The notes under the pieces: model-generated | The model's database searches: none | What the model saw: the letters and a program-made list of their open reading frames with translations, nothing else | What the model was told of the DNA's origin: nothing | Made by a program: the position numbers and the translations under genes | DNA from: Balanoglossus misakiensis | Lineage: Eukaryota > Animalia > Hemichordata | Assembly (NCBI GenBank): GCA_040954595.2 | Contig: JBECUI020000039.1 | Span: 62,001 to 126,000, forward strand | Direction: 5' to 3' | Length of the DNA: 64,000 bases | Part shown: piece by piece, positions 54,797 to 63,999 of the stretch | Layout: each line of letters opens with the position of its first letter | How positions within the stretch are numbered: the first letter of the stretch is position 1

Positions 54797-57700
54797 CTAT
54801 TGCGCCTTGTACTCCGGCTGTTCCCCGAAATACTGCTTGTCATCCGTATCCCAGAGACTCGGGAATCTACCGAACCCATACCAGACCCAGTCTCCCACCA
54901 TTGCATCCTCCGGCACTGCAGTAGAGCCATAAATTGACCAATCGGTAAAGATGACTTGATCATCTGTTGGATCTCCCGTCGTTCCACTAGAATCGTAGTA
55001 CGTATCAGTCCTTCTAACGATTCCTGCCTCAGACGAAACCTCGATTGCATAACTACCATCCGGTAACGATCCACTTCCTATTGCATTAAGTTGTCGCCCC
55101 GATGCGTATTCAGTACCCGCTGCTGTTCTATCAAAGTGAGCCTTCACCGAACCACTGAAATATCTCCCCACAACCCCACCGAACTGAGTATTTGTTCCGC
55201 CATTACGACTGACTGTAGCAGTACTGTAGCCGATTACACTTCCCTCATTCATGCCAATGAGACCGCCAACATCGTGACGTCCGGCTACACTACCAGTCAT
55301 ATAGCCAATTACTGTACTAAGTGTGTTGGTAGAACCCATTAGTCCTCCTACTTCGCCACCATCTTCACTGGTAACAGCCCCCGTTGCATATCCTGTTATG
55401 ACTGAACTGATAGACGCAAATGTATAATCCCCCCCTACAAGACCACCTACAGTGAAATCGCCAGTTACATCTCCTGTTGTCCATCCAACTATCGTTGCAC
55501 CATCCACCCTACCCACCAGTCCCCCGACATATTGGTTGCCATTCACTCTTGCTGCACTATCAATGCTGAGCAACTGATTATTCCTACCAACGTAACCAAC
55601 AATTCCTCCAGCATAACTGTTGTTCCTGAATCCCGAGGTTACGTTACTACGAACATGTTCTCCTGTTCGATCTTCTATTCGTACACTTACATTTTGTATA
55701 GCTATTTTAGATCGAAAACTATTGCCAAGTTCCCCCGCAATAACCCCAACATATTTATGCGCATTGACATAAGGATCGATACATATCAGATCAGTAATAA
55801 CTCCTTCACTGTAACCAAAAATACCTGCGTAGTCCAGACTGGCATCATCAATATAGAAATCGCTGATAGCATAACGTGTGCCATCATCAGCAAGACCACT
55901 TAGGCTGCCCTGAAAGCTTGTGCTGCTGGAACCAACCGGCACAAAGCCGGAAATCGGAAATGAATAGCTCCCAGGTGGTGGGAATTGAATATCAGAACCT
56001 AGTCGATAGCTCCCGCTCAAATTATGCTGCATCGCCTGCAAGTCGCGCCAACTATAGAGATCGCCACTACTACTTTTCTCTTTGTTCATCAATACCGGAC
56101 CTGCTGTTCCGCTACTGTCGGTTACAGTTATCTCCATTCTTAGATTCGCAGGAATGCCTGCCCAGTCGCTATACTGCAAGCCCAAGCCAATACCTACAAT
56201 AGAACCACCATTTTCGTCTGTTCCGACAGTTATATCTGCTGCTTTGTTATGCACTTCGGAATTATCCGCCGCATTAAGTACACGCACGTCTGCCGTTATT
56301 CCGGATGCATCGGATACCCCCTCAATAATCCAGAGAAAGGCATTATCAAAGTCTCCGATACTGAAATACTCCTGTGCCATTGCACCCATTTCAGGTTTAT
56401 AGCTTAGAATAATACGGCTATCTGCTAAAACAATAATAGAAACAATACTCTCTACACTTCCCGTATACTCTGTTACTGATGATGTCGCAGTAACCGTTAG
56501 GCTATAGGTATTTGCCGGGAGGGTATCAGCAATCGTTATGCTCCCGCTACTTGCATCGACTGTAATGCCGCTTGTTTGCGGATCGACCGTTGTGAGACTA
56601 TAACTCACCTCTGCTGGAAGGTTATTATTCTGTATCGGAACAGTCTTACCTGTTCCAAAGGGTATAATATCCACTACCCCATAGTCAAAATTCCCGCTTA
56701 ACACTGCCGGTTCTATTGTTATCTGCACCGTAACTGATAACTGCCCTACATATCCTTCCTGCCTTGCAATAACTGTAAGCTCATAGTTTCCGAGGGGTAG
56801 GACTCCGGTACTACCTCCCCCCCAATCTGATTCACGAAAAAATGGCAAGAAATTTTCTGAATACGCTTCAAATCCCGGATTAGCAATGCTCTGCCCATCC
56901 TTTTTGACATCACCGATTGAATACGTATAATCATTGGTAAGTTCATCAGGCATGTCTCTTATATAACCCGAAAAGCTTACATGCCCTCCATATGGTGCTA
57001 CTACTGAACCTGAACCAAATACGAACATTCTTGCACCTGCAGGAAGTGGCGGAAGAGTTGATTCTACAAGAATAGCTATCTCCGCACTACTACTGCCAAG
57101 ATAGTATCCTCCTGTTGCTGTTGCCGTTACGGTACCGCTATAGGTGCCAACTGCAAGGTTTTGTATGCTAATGGCTCCCGTTGCTTGCTCAATGACAATA
57201 TCACCTGCATTCATTGCATCTATGACTAGCTGTTCGCTTGCGCTAAGACTGTACAACAATGTTACATCCTGCAAGGGGCCCACTACCGAAAAGGTTTTCT
57301 GTTCATTGGGTGCAACTGCTACAATATCATAGGCAGGCGTATAGTAATCTGCTAATACCGCAGGGCTTACCGTCCTGATAACGTCGATATCAAGCGCTGC
57401 ATAGCCATCTGCTGAGACAACTACTCGTACCGTGTAGGTTCCGGGAATTACACTTGCTGCAATCTCTATTGTTCCATCACTGTCCACTGTAATTCCAGAT
57501 CCGTCGCCACCGCTGTATCTAAGATCGCTTCTACTTAGCCCTGTCGGTAATCCGCTTACGACTGTTATTCCATAGCTCTTCCCTGTCCGATACACCGCAG
57601 CTCCACTCTCGTAGCTTATCTGGGCTGTAAGGGCGCGGTCGACAATGGCTATACTCACTGTTATCGAGATGCTCCCGCTATAGTTTGCACCGGTTGCCGT

Positions 57701-60700
57701 TGCTGTTACCAAAAGACCGTATATATCAGATGCTGCTGTTGCCGATACCCGAATCTCCCCATTTGTCGCTTCAATGCTAATTATCCCACTTAAATCTCCC
57801 GACTGGCTACTCATGCTGTATTCTACCCCTGCATCACTTGGGATATCCGTTGTTGCTTGATACACTCCACCTGCAAAATCGGTTGTCGGTATCGAATAAC
57901 TTAAGCTATACCCTGCTATGTCTTTCTGCAAAACAACAAGAGTGAAAGCCCCGCTACTGAGACTATTTGCATAGTTCGCAAGCGATCCTGCACTCACCGT
58001 TACCGTATACTGTCCTACATCGACAGTGCTGCCAACACTGATACTGCCGTCCCCAGCAATACTGATTCCATCGGTAATAAGAGCTCCGTCTTTAATTACC
58101 TGTATCTCATAGTCCAAATCTGCCGGATTAATGTTCGTATCAGAGAATTGTGCTACATAACTCGCCTGCTCGCCGTAGATTGCATTCACGCTCGTATCAT
58201 AACTCAAACTTCCACTCAAACTCGGAAGCTCTACCACCACCCTTAGCTCATCATAGACGCTGCTATCGGCTGTTGCCGCTGCACGGATGGTCGTCGTTCC
58301 TGCATTCTGTCCGGTTACCACCCCGCTTGTGCTATCAACTGTAGCGATCCCCTCATCCGTACTCGTCCATAGAAGCGTCTCGGATACATTCTCGGCATCT
58401 ACGGTTGCCGTAAGGTTCAGCGTTTCTCCGCGTATCACGCTCGGTGCTTGCTGGTCTATGCTAACTGATGCAACACCGTTGCTTCGAAGCGATACCTCAT
58501 CGGTCCATCCGCTTTCGTGTGTTCCGTCCCAATATGCTCGTATGCGTATTAGATAGACTCCACCTCCGACAAGTCCGGTGAGTTCTACCGAACTGTCGCT
58601 TGTCTCAACCCATTCTGTAGCCACGCCATCCTGTCGATACTCTATCTCAAAGGTGCTATCCATCTCCGTTGTTCCATCAATAGCCTTTCCCTTTGTTCCC
58701 TCCGTCCAGACAATGCTCAGGGTATTGATTGCTGTGTTACTCGAGTCTTTCTGAATATTGCTTGGTTTCCCGGGATTCGTCGAACGGTCAACCTGTGCTC
58801 GCGTGGTAAAGGAGAATATCTCACTCATACTCTCCTGCTCCCCACCTCGTGCGATAATAAGAACATAATAGCTTGTTGCTGCTTGTAATGCACTTATGGT
58901 AATGCTGGTATCACTGTGGTCGTTATCCGCTTGCAGGGTCGCTCCTGCAATAAATGCTTCTGCCGTATCGGCTGTGTTGGATGACAGGTATACAAAATAG
59001 CTACTTTCCACCGCTTCGCCACTTTCCAGAAGAGCTGGGGCGACCGCTGACCATGAGAGAGTTAAACTATCCTCCGTTGCTTCAGCATTAACACCTCTAA
59101 CTGAACCGGGGGGACGATTGAGTGCTGCAGTCTCTATGCTCAGGGCGGTACTTTCCGAACTATTCATGCCGCTATTTGCATGTGCTACAACAACAAAGAC
59201 ATAAGCCGTCTTTCCGGTGAACCCATCTATGCGAATCGTGCTATCAGTAATTCCTGTCCGTGTTGTTTCAGCACTGACCTGTTCACTGGCATAACTGCTT
59301 CCTTCATGCCAATACAGCGTGTATCCACTTATTTCAGCAGGAATGCCCCCTTCTTGCCTCCCGGCATCAGTTGGTGCTGTCCATTCGAGGGTAAGGGTAA
59401 TGCTTTGTCCATCAACTGCTCCCTCACTTCCAACCTGTCTCAGATCACTGACCGGTTGCGGTGCAGTTGCGTCCTGTAAGGTAACTCGAATGGTCAGGCT
59501 ATCTTGTACCATATTATCTGCATCAGCAAATGCGGTAATAATTGTCTCTCCTTCTGTGTTTGCGACGACCTCGCCCTGTTCTGAAATTGTCGCTACAAGT
59601 GTTGCACTACTCTCCCATCGAACGCTTTCAATAACGTTCTCTCCATCAACAAGGGCATGCAAGATCAGTTCATCCCCATTTTTCATTGCAAGTTCTTCTC
59701 CTGCATCAGCACCGCCGCTTTGAATACTCACCGAACGAACGCCGTTACTCATAACCTGTCCTTCTATCCATTCACTTGCTTTATTTTCGTCATTGGGATA
59801 GTCCGCATTCCATGCTCGGATGCGGATACGGTATTCCTGTGCACCAAGAAGATTTTCGATGCTTACCTGTTCAGTGAGTACTTCATCAACCGGATTCCAA
59901 CGTGCTTCACTGTAGTATTCCACGGTATAGCTCGTTGCAGCCTCTGCTCCATTCGCACTTGTACCGGGTATTCCTGCAGTCCAGATAATACGCATAGCAT
60001 TGCTTGCTTGGTAGTCGCTATCTTTCCTGATATTGCTGACTGCTCCCGGTGGTCCCGATTGGTCGGTATTCCCGGTGGTAATGGTGATTGTTGTTGGCAG
60101 CGATTCTCCGTCTGCTGTATGGACTACGACTGAAACAGTATACTCGACTGTACTGCGTAAGCCACTGACGGTGTAGGAAACATTTCCATCAGCTTCTGCA
60201 ACCAGCTCTGCTGGTGTTGCTTCGTATGTTAATTCGGGTACATCGACTGTAAGCGGTATCAGGGAAATGGCATAGTGGGTAATTCCGCTTGCTACTGAGG
60301 GGGTCCATTGTATGAGAAGCTGTACATCAGTAGCTGTGGTTGCATCTCTTGTTGTGAGATTGGTAATGCCGGCAATGATGCGCGGTGTCATTACCGGGCC
60401 TGAGACGGGTCGGATACTGGTGGATGAGGTTCCCTCATCTATGTTTGCGACAACCCTTACATCATATTCGGTTTCATCATTAAGTTCAGTGATATCAATA
60501 AATGTATTGCCGGTCGTATACTCTTGTGCCTCTCCATCCGGTGAGGTAAGTGTAACGGTATAGGACATAACCGGATCTCCTGCAGGAGCGACCCATTGTG
60601 CGGAGATGCTTCCTGCTGTTGCAGTTACCTGCAGGTTTGAAGGAGCATCTAAGCTACTACCAGTCTGCAGTGGCTCTGCTGCTACAGTTGCTGAAGACTC

Positions 60701-61039
60701 GATATCCTGTTTTACTGCAATAACCGAGAGGGTGTAGCTTGTGTTTGCTGCTAACTCATCAGTATCAAAGGTAACTGATAGTGAGAGGACTCCGGTACCA
60801 GTATTGGGAACTATTTTATTGATGGGAAGACCACTATCAGGAGTCAACTGAACCCGATAACTCACCGCAGGTTCGGCTGCAGTAAATTCGACTTGGACCG
60901 TACTTCCATCGACAAACCAAGCTGAAACTTTCGTAACCGGGGAAACAGTGCTAACACTGGCTGTTCCAGTATCAGCACAGGAAACAAACACACTGAGCAT
61001 GAGGCTCAGTGCCAAAACAGATATAGATAATACACGCAT
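54797..61039 (-). CDS. Giant surface lipoprotein 2 (~2080 aa), paralog of lipoprotein 1
   Basis: ATG at 61039 with GGAGG; MRVLSISVLALSLMLSVFVS-C lipobox; FN3/Big_2 repeats, GLUG-type region, homologous C-terminus. Confidence 0.88.
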   Translation of the reverse strand: MRVLSISVLALSLMLSVFVSCADTGTASVSTVSPVTKVSAWFVDGSTVQVEFTAAEPAVSYRVQLTPDSGLPINKIVPNTGTGVLSLSVTFDTDELAANTSYTLSVIAVKQDIESSATVAAEPLQTGSSLDAPSNLQVTATAGSISAQWVAPAGDPVMSYTVTLTSPDGEAQEYTTGNTFIDITELNDETEYDVRVVANIDEGTSSTSIRPVSGPVMTPRIIAGITNLTTRDATTATDVQLLIQWTPSVASGITHYAISLIPLTVDVPELTYEATPAELVAEADGNVSYTVSGLRSTVEYTVSVVVHTADGESLPTTITITTGNTDQSGPPGAVSNIRKDSDYQASNAMRIIWTAGIPGTSANGAEAATSYTVEYYSEARWNPVDEVLTEQVSIENLLGAQEYRIRIRAWNADYPNDENKASEWIEGQVMSNGVRSVSIQSGGADAGEELAMKNGDELILHALVDGENVIESVRWESSATLVATISEQGEVVANTEGETIITAFADADNMVQDSLTIRVTLQDATAPQPVSDLRQVGSEGAVDGQSITLTLEWTAPTDAGRQEGGIPAEISGYTLYWHEGSSYASEQVSAETTRTGITDSTIRIDGFTGKTAYVFVVVAHANSGMNSSESTALSIETAALNRPPGSVRGVNAEATEDSLTLSWSAVAPALLESGEAVESSYFVYLSSNTADTAEAFIAGATLQADNDHSDTSITISALQAATSYYVLIIARGGEQESMSEIFSFTTRAQVDRSTNPGKPSNIQKDSSNTAINTLSIVWTEGTKGKAIDGTTEMDSTFEIEYRQDGVATEWVETSDSSVELTGLVGGGVYLIRIRAYWDGTHESGWTDEVSLRSNGVASVSIDQQAPSVIRGETLNLTATVDAENVSETLLWTSTDEGIATVDSTSGVVTGQNAGTTTIRAAATADSSVYDELRVVVELPSLSGSLSYDTSVNAIYGEQASYVAQFSDTNINPADLDYEIQVIKDGALITDGISIAGDGSISVGSTVDVGQYTVTVSAGSLANYANSLSSGAFTLVVLQKDIAGYSLSYSIPTTDFAGGVYQATTDIPSDAGVEYSMSSQSGDLSGIISIEATNGEIRVSATAASDIYGLLVTATATGANYSGSISITVSIAIVDRALTAQISYESGAAVYRTGKSYGITVVSGLPTGLSRSDLRYSGGDGSGITVDSDGTIEIAASVIPGTYTVRVVVSADGYAALDIDVIRTVSPAVLADYYTPAYDIVAVAPNEQKTFSVVGPLQDVTLLYSLSASEQLVIDAMNAGDIVIEQATGAISIQNLAVGTYSGTVTATATGGYYLGSSSAEIAILVESTLPPLPAGARMFVFGSGSVVAPYGGHVSFSGYIRDMPDELTNDYTYSIGDVKKDGQSIANPGFEAYSENFLPFFRESDWGGGSTGVLPLGNYELTVIARQEGYVGQLSVTVQITIEPAVLSGNFDYGVVDIIPFGTGKTVPIQNNNLPAEVSYSLTTVDPQTSGITVDASSGSITIADTLPANTYSLTVTATSSVTEYTGSVESIVSIIVLADSRIILSYKPEMGAMAQEYFSIGDFDNAFLWIIEGVSDASGITADVRVLNAADNSEVHNKAADITVGTDENGGSIVGIGLGLQYSDWAGIPANLRMEITVTDSSGTAGPVLMNKEKSSSGDLYSWRDLQAMQHNLSGSYRLGSDIQFPPPGSYSFPISGFVPVGSSSTSFQGSLSGLADDGTRYAISDFYIDDASLDYAGIFGYSEGVITDLICIDPYVNAHKYVGVIAGELGNSFRSKIAIQNVSVRIEDRTGEHVRSNVTSGFRNNSYAGGIVGYVGRNNQLLSIDSAARVNGNQYVGGLVGRVDGATIVGWTTGDVTGDFTVGGLVGGDYTFASISSVITGYATGAVTSEDGGEVGGLMGSTNTLSTVIGYMTGSVAGRHDVGGLIGMNEGSVIGYSTATVSRNGGTNTQFGGVVGRYFSGSVKAHFDRTAAGTEYASGRQLNAIGSGSLPDGSYAIEVSSEAGIVRRTDTYYDSSGTTGDPTDDQVIFTDWSIYGSTAVPEDAMVGDWVWYGFGRFPSLWDTDDKQYFGEQPEYKAQ

Positions 61040-61069
61040 AGCGCCCTCCAAAGGATGATATATAAAACA

Positions 61070-61098
61070 ATGATAAGACAAAAAGCAAGAAAAGTCAA
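61070..61098 (-). promoter_or_regulatory. Sigma70 promoter of lipoprotein 2
   Basis: TTGACT (61098-61093)-N17-TATCAT (61075-61070). Confidence 0.78.
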
Positions 61099-61131
61099 GC
61101 ATTTTCTTCAGAAAATACAAAAAGTGTCATG

Positions 61132-61150
61132 CCCCCCCCCCCCCCCCCCC
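61132..61150 (-). repeat. Poly-G19 tract (C19 on +), 33 bp upstream of the -35
   Basis: Direct count of the homopolymer. Confidence 0.9.
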
Positions 61151-61311
61151 TATGAGACCTCTAATATGAGTAAAAAATTAGAAATTATGGGAACTAATTA
61201 TAGATAGAACATAAATTATAGAGATAATACTGGGCTAAAAAACAGCATTTTTCTCTGTTTCTGTTTTTAGGGGGAATAATGTATGGAAAAAAAAAGATAA
61301 AAATCTGGTGA

Positions 61312-62028
61312 AAACTTCAATCAAACTGCCATATTTCGCAGTAGTACCTTATACCACCCCTGATGGGTGGGGGCTGTGAATGGCGGAGCTCATACAAAAA
61401 ACTACTTAACATCTGTGTAGTTGTTTTGCAGGGGAGTGCGGTGATTCTTGTGTGCCGGCCTGGCAAAGGCTCAAGCAAACAGCCACTTTTTGTGGTAGTA
61501 CGTTATACCACCCCTTAAGGGTGGGGGTTGTGGATGGCGGGGCTTATATAAAATTTTAAGTATAATTTTAGGTTAAAATTATCAGAAGGAAGCACCTAAC
61601 AAGATCAATTTCCTCGCACAAACTTCAAGCAAAACGCACACTTTTCGTGGTAATTCTTAATACCTCCCCTGATGGGTGGGGGTTGTGGATGGCGGGGTTT
61701 ATACAAAAATTTTAAGTATAATTTTAAGTAAAAATTAAAAGAACCCACTCTACAAAATCAATCCCCTCGCTCAAACTTCAATCAAAGGCACGGATTTCGC
61801 AGTAATTCTTAATACCGCCCCTTAAAGGGTGGGGGCTGTGGATGGCGGAGTTCATACACAAATTTTAAGTATAATTTTAAGTAAAAATTAAAAGAACCCA
61901 CCCTACAAGATCAATTCCCACGCTCAAACTTCAAGCAAACGCACGGATTTCGCAGTAGTACCTTATACCACCCCTGATGGGTGGGGGTTGTGGATGGGAA
62001 AGATCATACTAAATTTTAAGTAAAAATT
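61312..62028 (+). repeat. Array C: 5 copies of the ~154-bp repeat
   Basis: Copies start at 61312, ~61466, 61620, 61773, 61926. Confidence 0.95.
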
Positions 62029-62049
62029 GAGAGGATGTACCCACTAATT

Positions 62050-63999
62050 TCATTTTAACCCACGTATTTCTTCGATTGACGGCGGCGAATACGTGTTACT
62101 TACAAATATCTTTTTGATTTCTACTATCAATCGCAAAAGATATTCGTGTTTTGTTTTTTTATAAATATTTTTTAATGACTTTATGACTGTATTAAAAGCC
62201 CTTTTTGTTTTACAGTTAGCAACAATTAATTTGTATGAATTTACACACATTTCTAAAATAGCATTTCTTCTGTCGGATCTACTCTTATACTGATACGAGT
62301 AAATCATTAACCTCTTTACTTGTCTAAGATTTTTTATATTCCCTGTAGAAAATATACCGCCCATGCCATGCCAAGCCATTCGTCCAGGGAAAGTGCCCCC
62401 CCTTAAAAGTTGCTTAGTATAATAACTAAATACGCCTCTGTCTTCTTTATCGTTGGACAAAACAAATTCAGCTAATTGCTTTTTGACTGCTTTGACCTTT
62501 GTTTGAAAAAATGCCTTTCTCGTATAACATAGTAAATATTGCTTTAAAGTATCATCATTGATATTATTAAAGTCAGAAAGAAAACCCCATGCATAATTAT
62601 GCTTTCTTTGTTGTGCTACTTCGTCAACACTACACAGTGCACTAATAAACGTATCTGCACCAACCTTTGAAATATCAATTCCACCTAGTATAGCAACCTC
62701 CAGTATTTCGGGTCTATAGTCATTATCAATATTTTTTTTAATATACTCTGTAATACATATCTTCAACTTACCTCTCTGGGATCGATCCAAACAATCCCAA
62801 TGGGACCGAAGGAAGTGACACACAGCAAGAATAGACCATTCATGATCTGACATAGCAGTTACACATCCAAAATTATCTAAAATAAAACTTATTATTTCTT
62901 TACGATCTATATATTTCCCTAAATAATCAATAGAGAGAGTATTATGATCAATACACACGAATCTTTGTGATGAATTCACAAACCCAGAAAAAGCAGCGCC
63001 TATTATTTTCTTGCCATATTGTTCTTTGAATTCACTATTGTTCGCTAACATGTTTGTTTTATTCAAAAAATAACAGGCTATGGATTGATACTTTCTTTGA
63101 GAATCTTCTCTGGTGCAATTAATATTTTCCATTGGGTGTTGATCAAAAACCCATTTTATCCAGCCAATTAATTTCTCTCTTTCTTCTTGAGAGAGAACAC
63201 TATAATCTGGTTTCTGTTCATCCATATAGCAAGCCAACCAAACAGCCCAATCGTGCTCCCATGACATACCCAAGCATTTTAATGCATCTTGTTTCGTAAC
63301 AGAATCTTTTTCCTTGCTAGTCAATGTTTTCATTAAAAAAATAACAAAAAAATTATACTCTAGCCTATTCTGAATAAATTTTACTGATAATAAATCCTTT
63401 TGACTAATACCCTTTTTTTGAAAAAACGAAAACAACTTGCCCAAATCATTTTTTAGAGTATCACAACTATTAAAAATCGAGTGTAACCCTTCGATCGTTT
63501 TCTCTTTTTCCATCCTCTGTGCGTTTTCATATTCTTGCCCCTGTTCTCTTATCTCGGAAATTTTTTGTTTTCTTTCAGTTGAAATTTTGCTTTGTACATA
63601 GTCATAAAGAGAATGTTCACTAGAGATACAAAGTGTTACCCGATTATAGACATCTTGCAACGACCTATTTCCTGGAATCTCAAAATATCTTTGAAAATCA
63701 TCAAAGTCATCTTGAGAAGTGAGTCTACCAAGTAAATCATAGATGACTTCATCATTCGCCATTCCAACTGAGTCTTTTTTAAATATCTTTTGAAGTACCA
63801 GCAAAAATAAAGAACTATCTTGGATTAACTTGTCTATCAGAGTTATTTCTTCCGAGCGAAGTACTAGGTAGACTTGCATTTTTATGCTTACCCAACGGGC
63901 TATAATTTCGATCTTATCTTTCAATGAACCGGTGCGTTTGTAATAGGCTTCTATGTTTTCTAATAGAATCCCTACCAGACCTTGAAAATAATTATCAGT
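62050..63999 (-). CDS. Large AT-rich hypothetical protein; 5' end lies outside the window
   Basis: Frame stays open from the annotated TTG at 63924 to the window edge (TDNYFQGLVGILLENIEAYYKRTGS...); K/I/F-rich and helical; no motif recognised. Confidence 0.8.
   Translation of the reverse strand, partial: TDNYFQGLVGILLENIEAYYKRTGSLKDKIEIIARWVSIKMQVYLVLRSEEITLIDKLIQDSSLFLLVLQKIFKKDSVGMANDEVIYDLLGRLTSQDDFDDFQRYFEIPGNRSLQDVYNRVTLCISSEHSLYDYVQSKISTERKQKISEIREQGQEYENAQRMEKEKTIEGLHSIFNSCDTLKNDLGKLFSFFQKKGISQKDLLSVKFIQNRLEYNFFVIFLMKTLTSKEKDSVTKQDALKCLGMSWEHDWAVWLACYMDEQKPDYSVLSQEEREKLIGWIKWVFDQHPMENINCTREDSQRKYQSIACYFLNKTNMLANNSEFKEQYGKKIIGAAFSGFVNSSQRFVCIDHNTLSIDYLGKYIDRKEIISFILDNFGCVTAMSDHEWSILAVCHFLRSHWDCLDRSQRGKLKICITEYIKKNIDNDYRPEILEVAILGGIDISKVGADTFISALCSVDEVAQQRKHNYAWGFLSDFNNINDDTLKQYLLCYTRKAFFQTKVKAVKKQLAEFVLSNDKEDRGVFSYYTKQLLRGGTFPGRMAWHGMGGIFSTGNIKNLRQVKRLMIYSYQYKSRSDRRNAILEMCVNSYKLIVANCKTKRAFNTVIKSLKNIYKKTKHEYLLRLIVEIKKIFVSNTYSPPSIEEIRGLK

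Noticed and set aside
54354-55074. Short ORFs overlapping array B and the lipoprotein 2 end
   Set aside because: Frames are not conserved between repeat copies (indels, period not consistently a multiple of 3) and there is no RBS support.
46147-55100. Similar 3' ends of the two lipoproteins as a DGR VR/TR pair
   Set aside because: Both are coding, differences are not adenine-specific, and no reverse transcriptase is in the window.
45642-62028. Repeat arrays as CRISPR
   Set aside because: The core is ~90 bp and degenerate, most tails are homologous to each other rather than unique spacers, and there are no cas genes in the window.
45642-62028. Repeats as integron attC sites
   Set aside because: No RYYYAAC...GTTRRRY ends or full-length dyad found, and the genes carry their own promoters and terminators.
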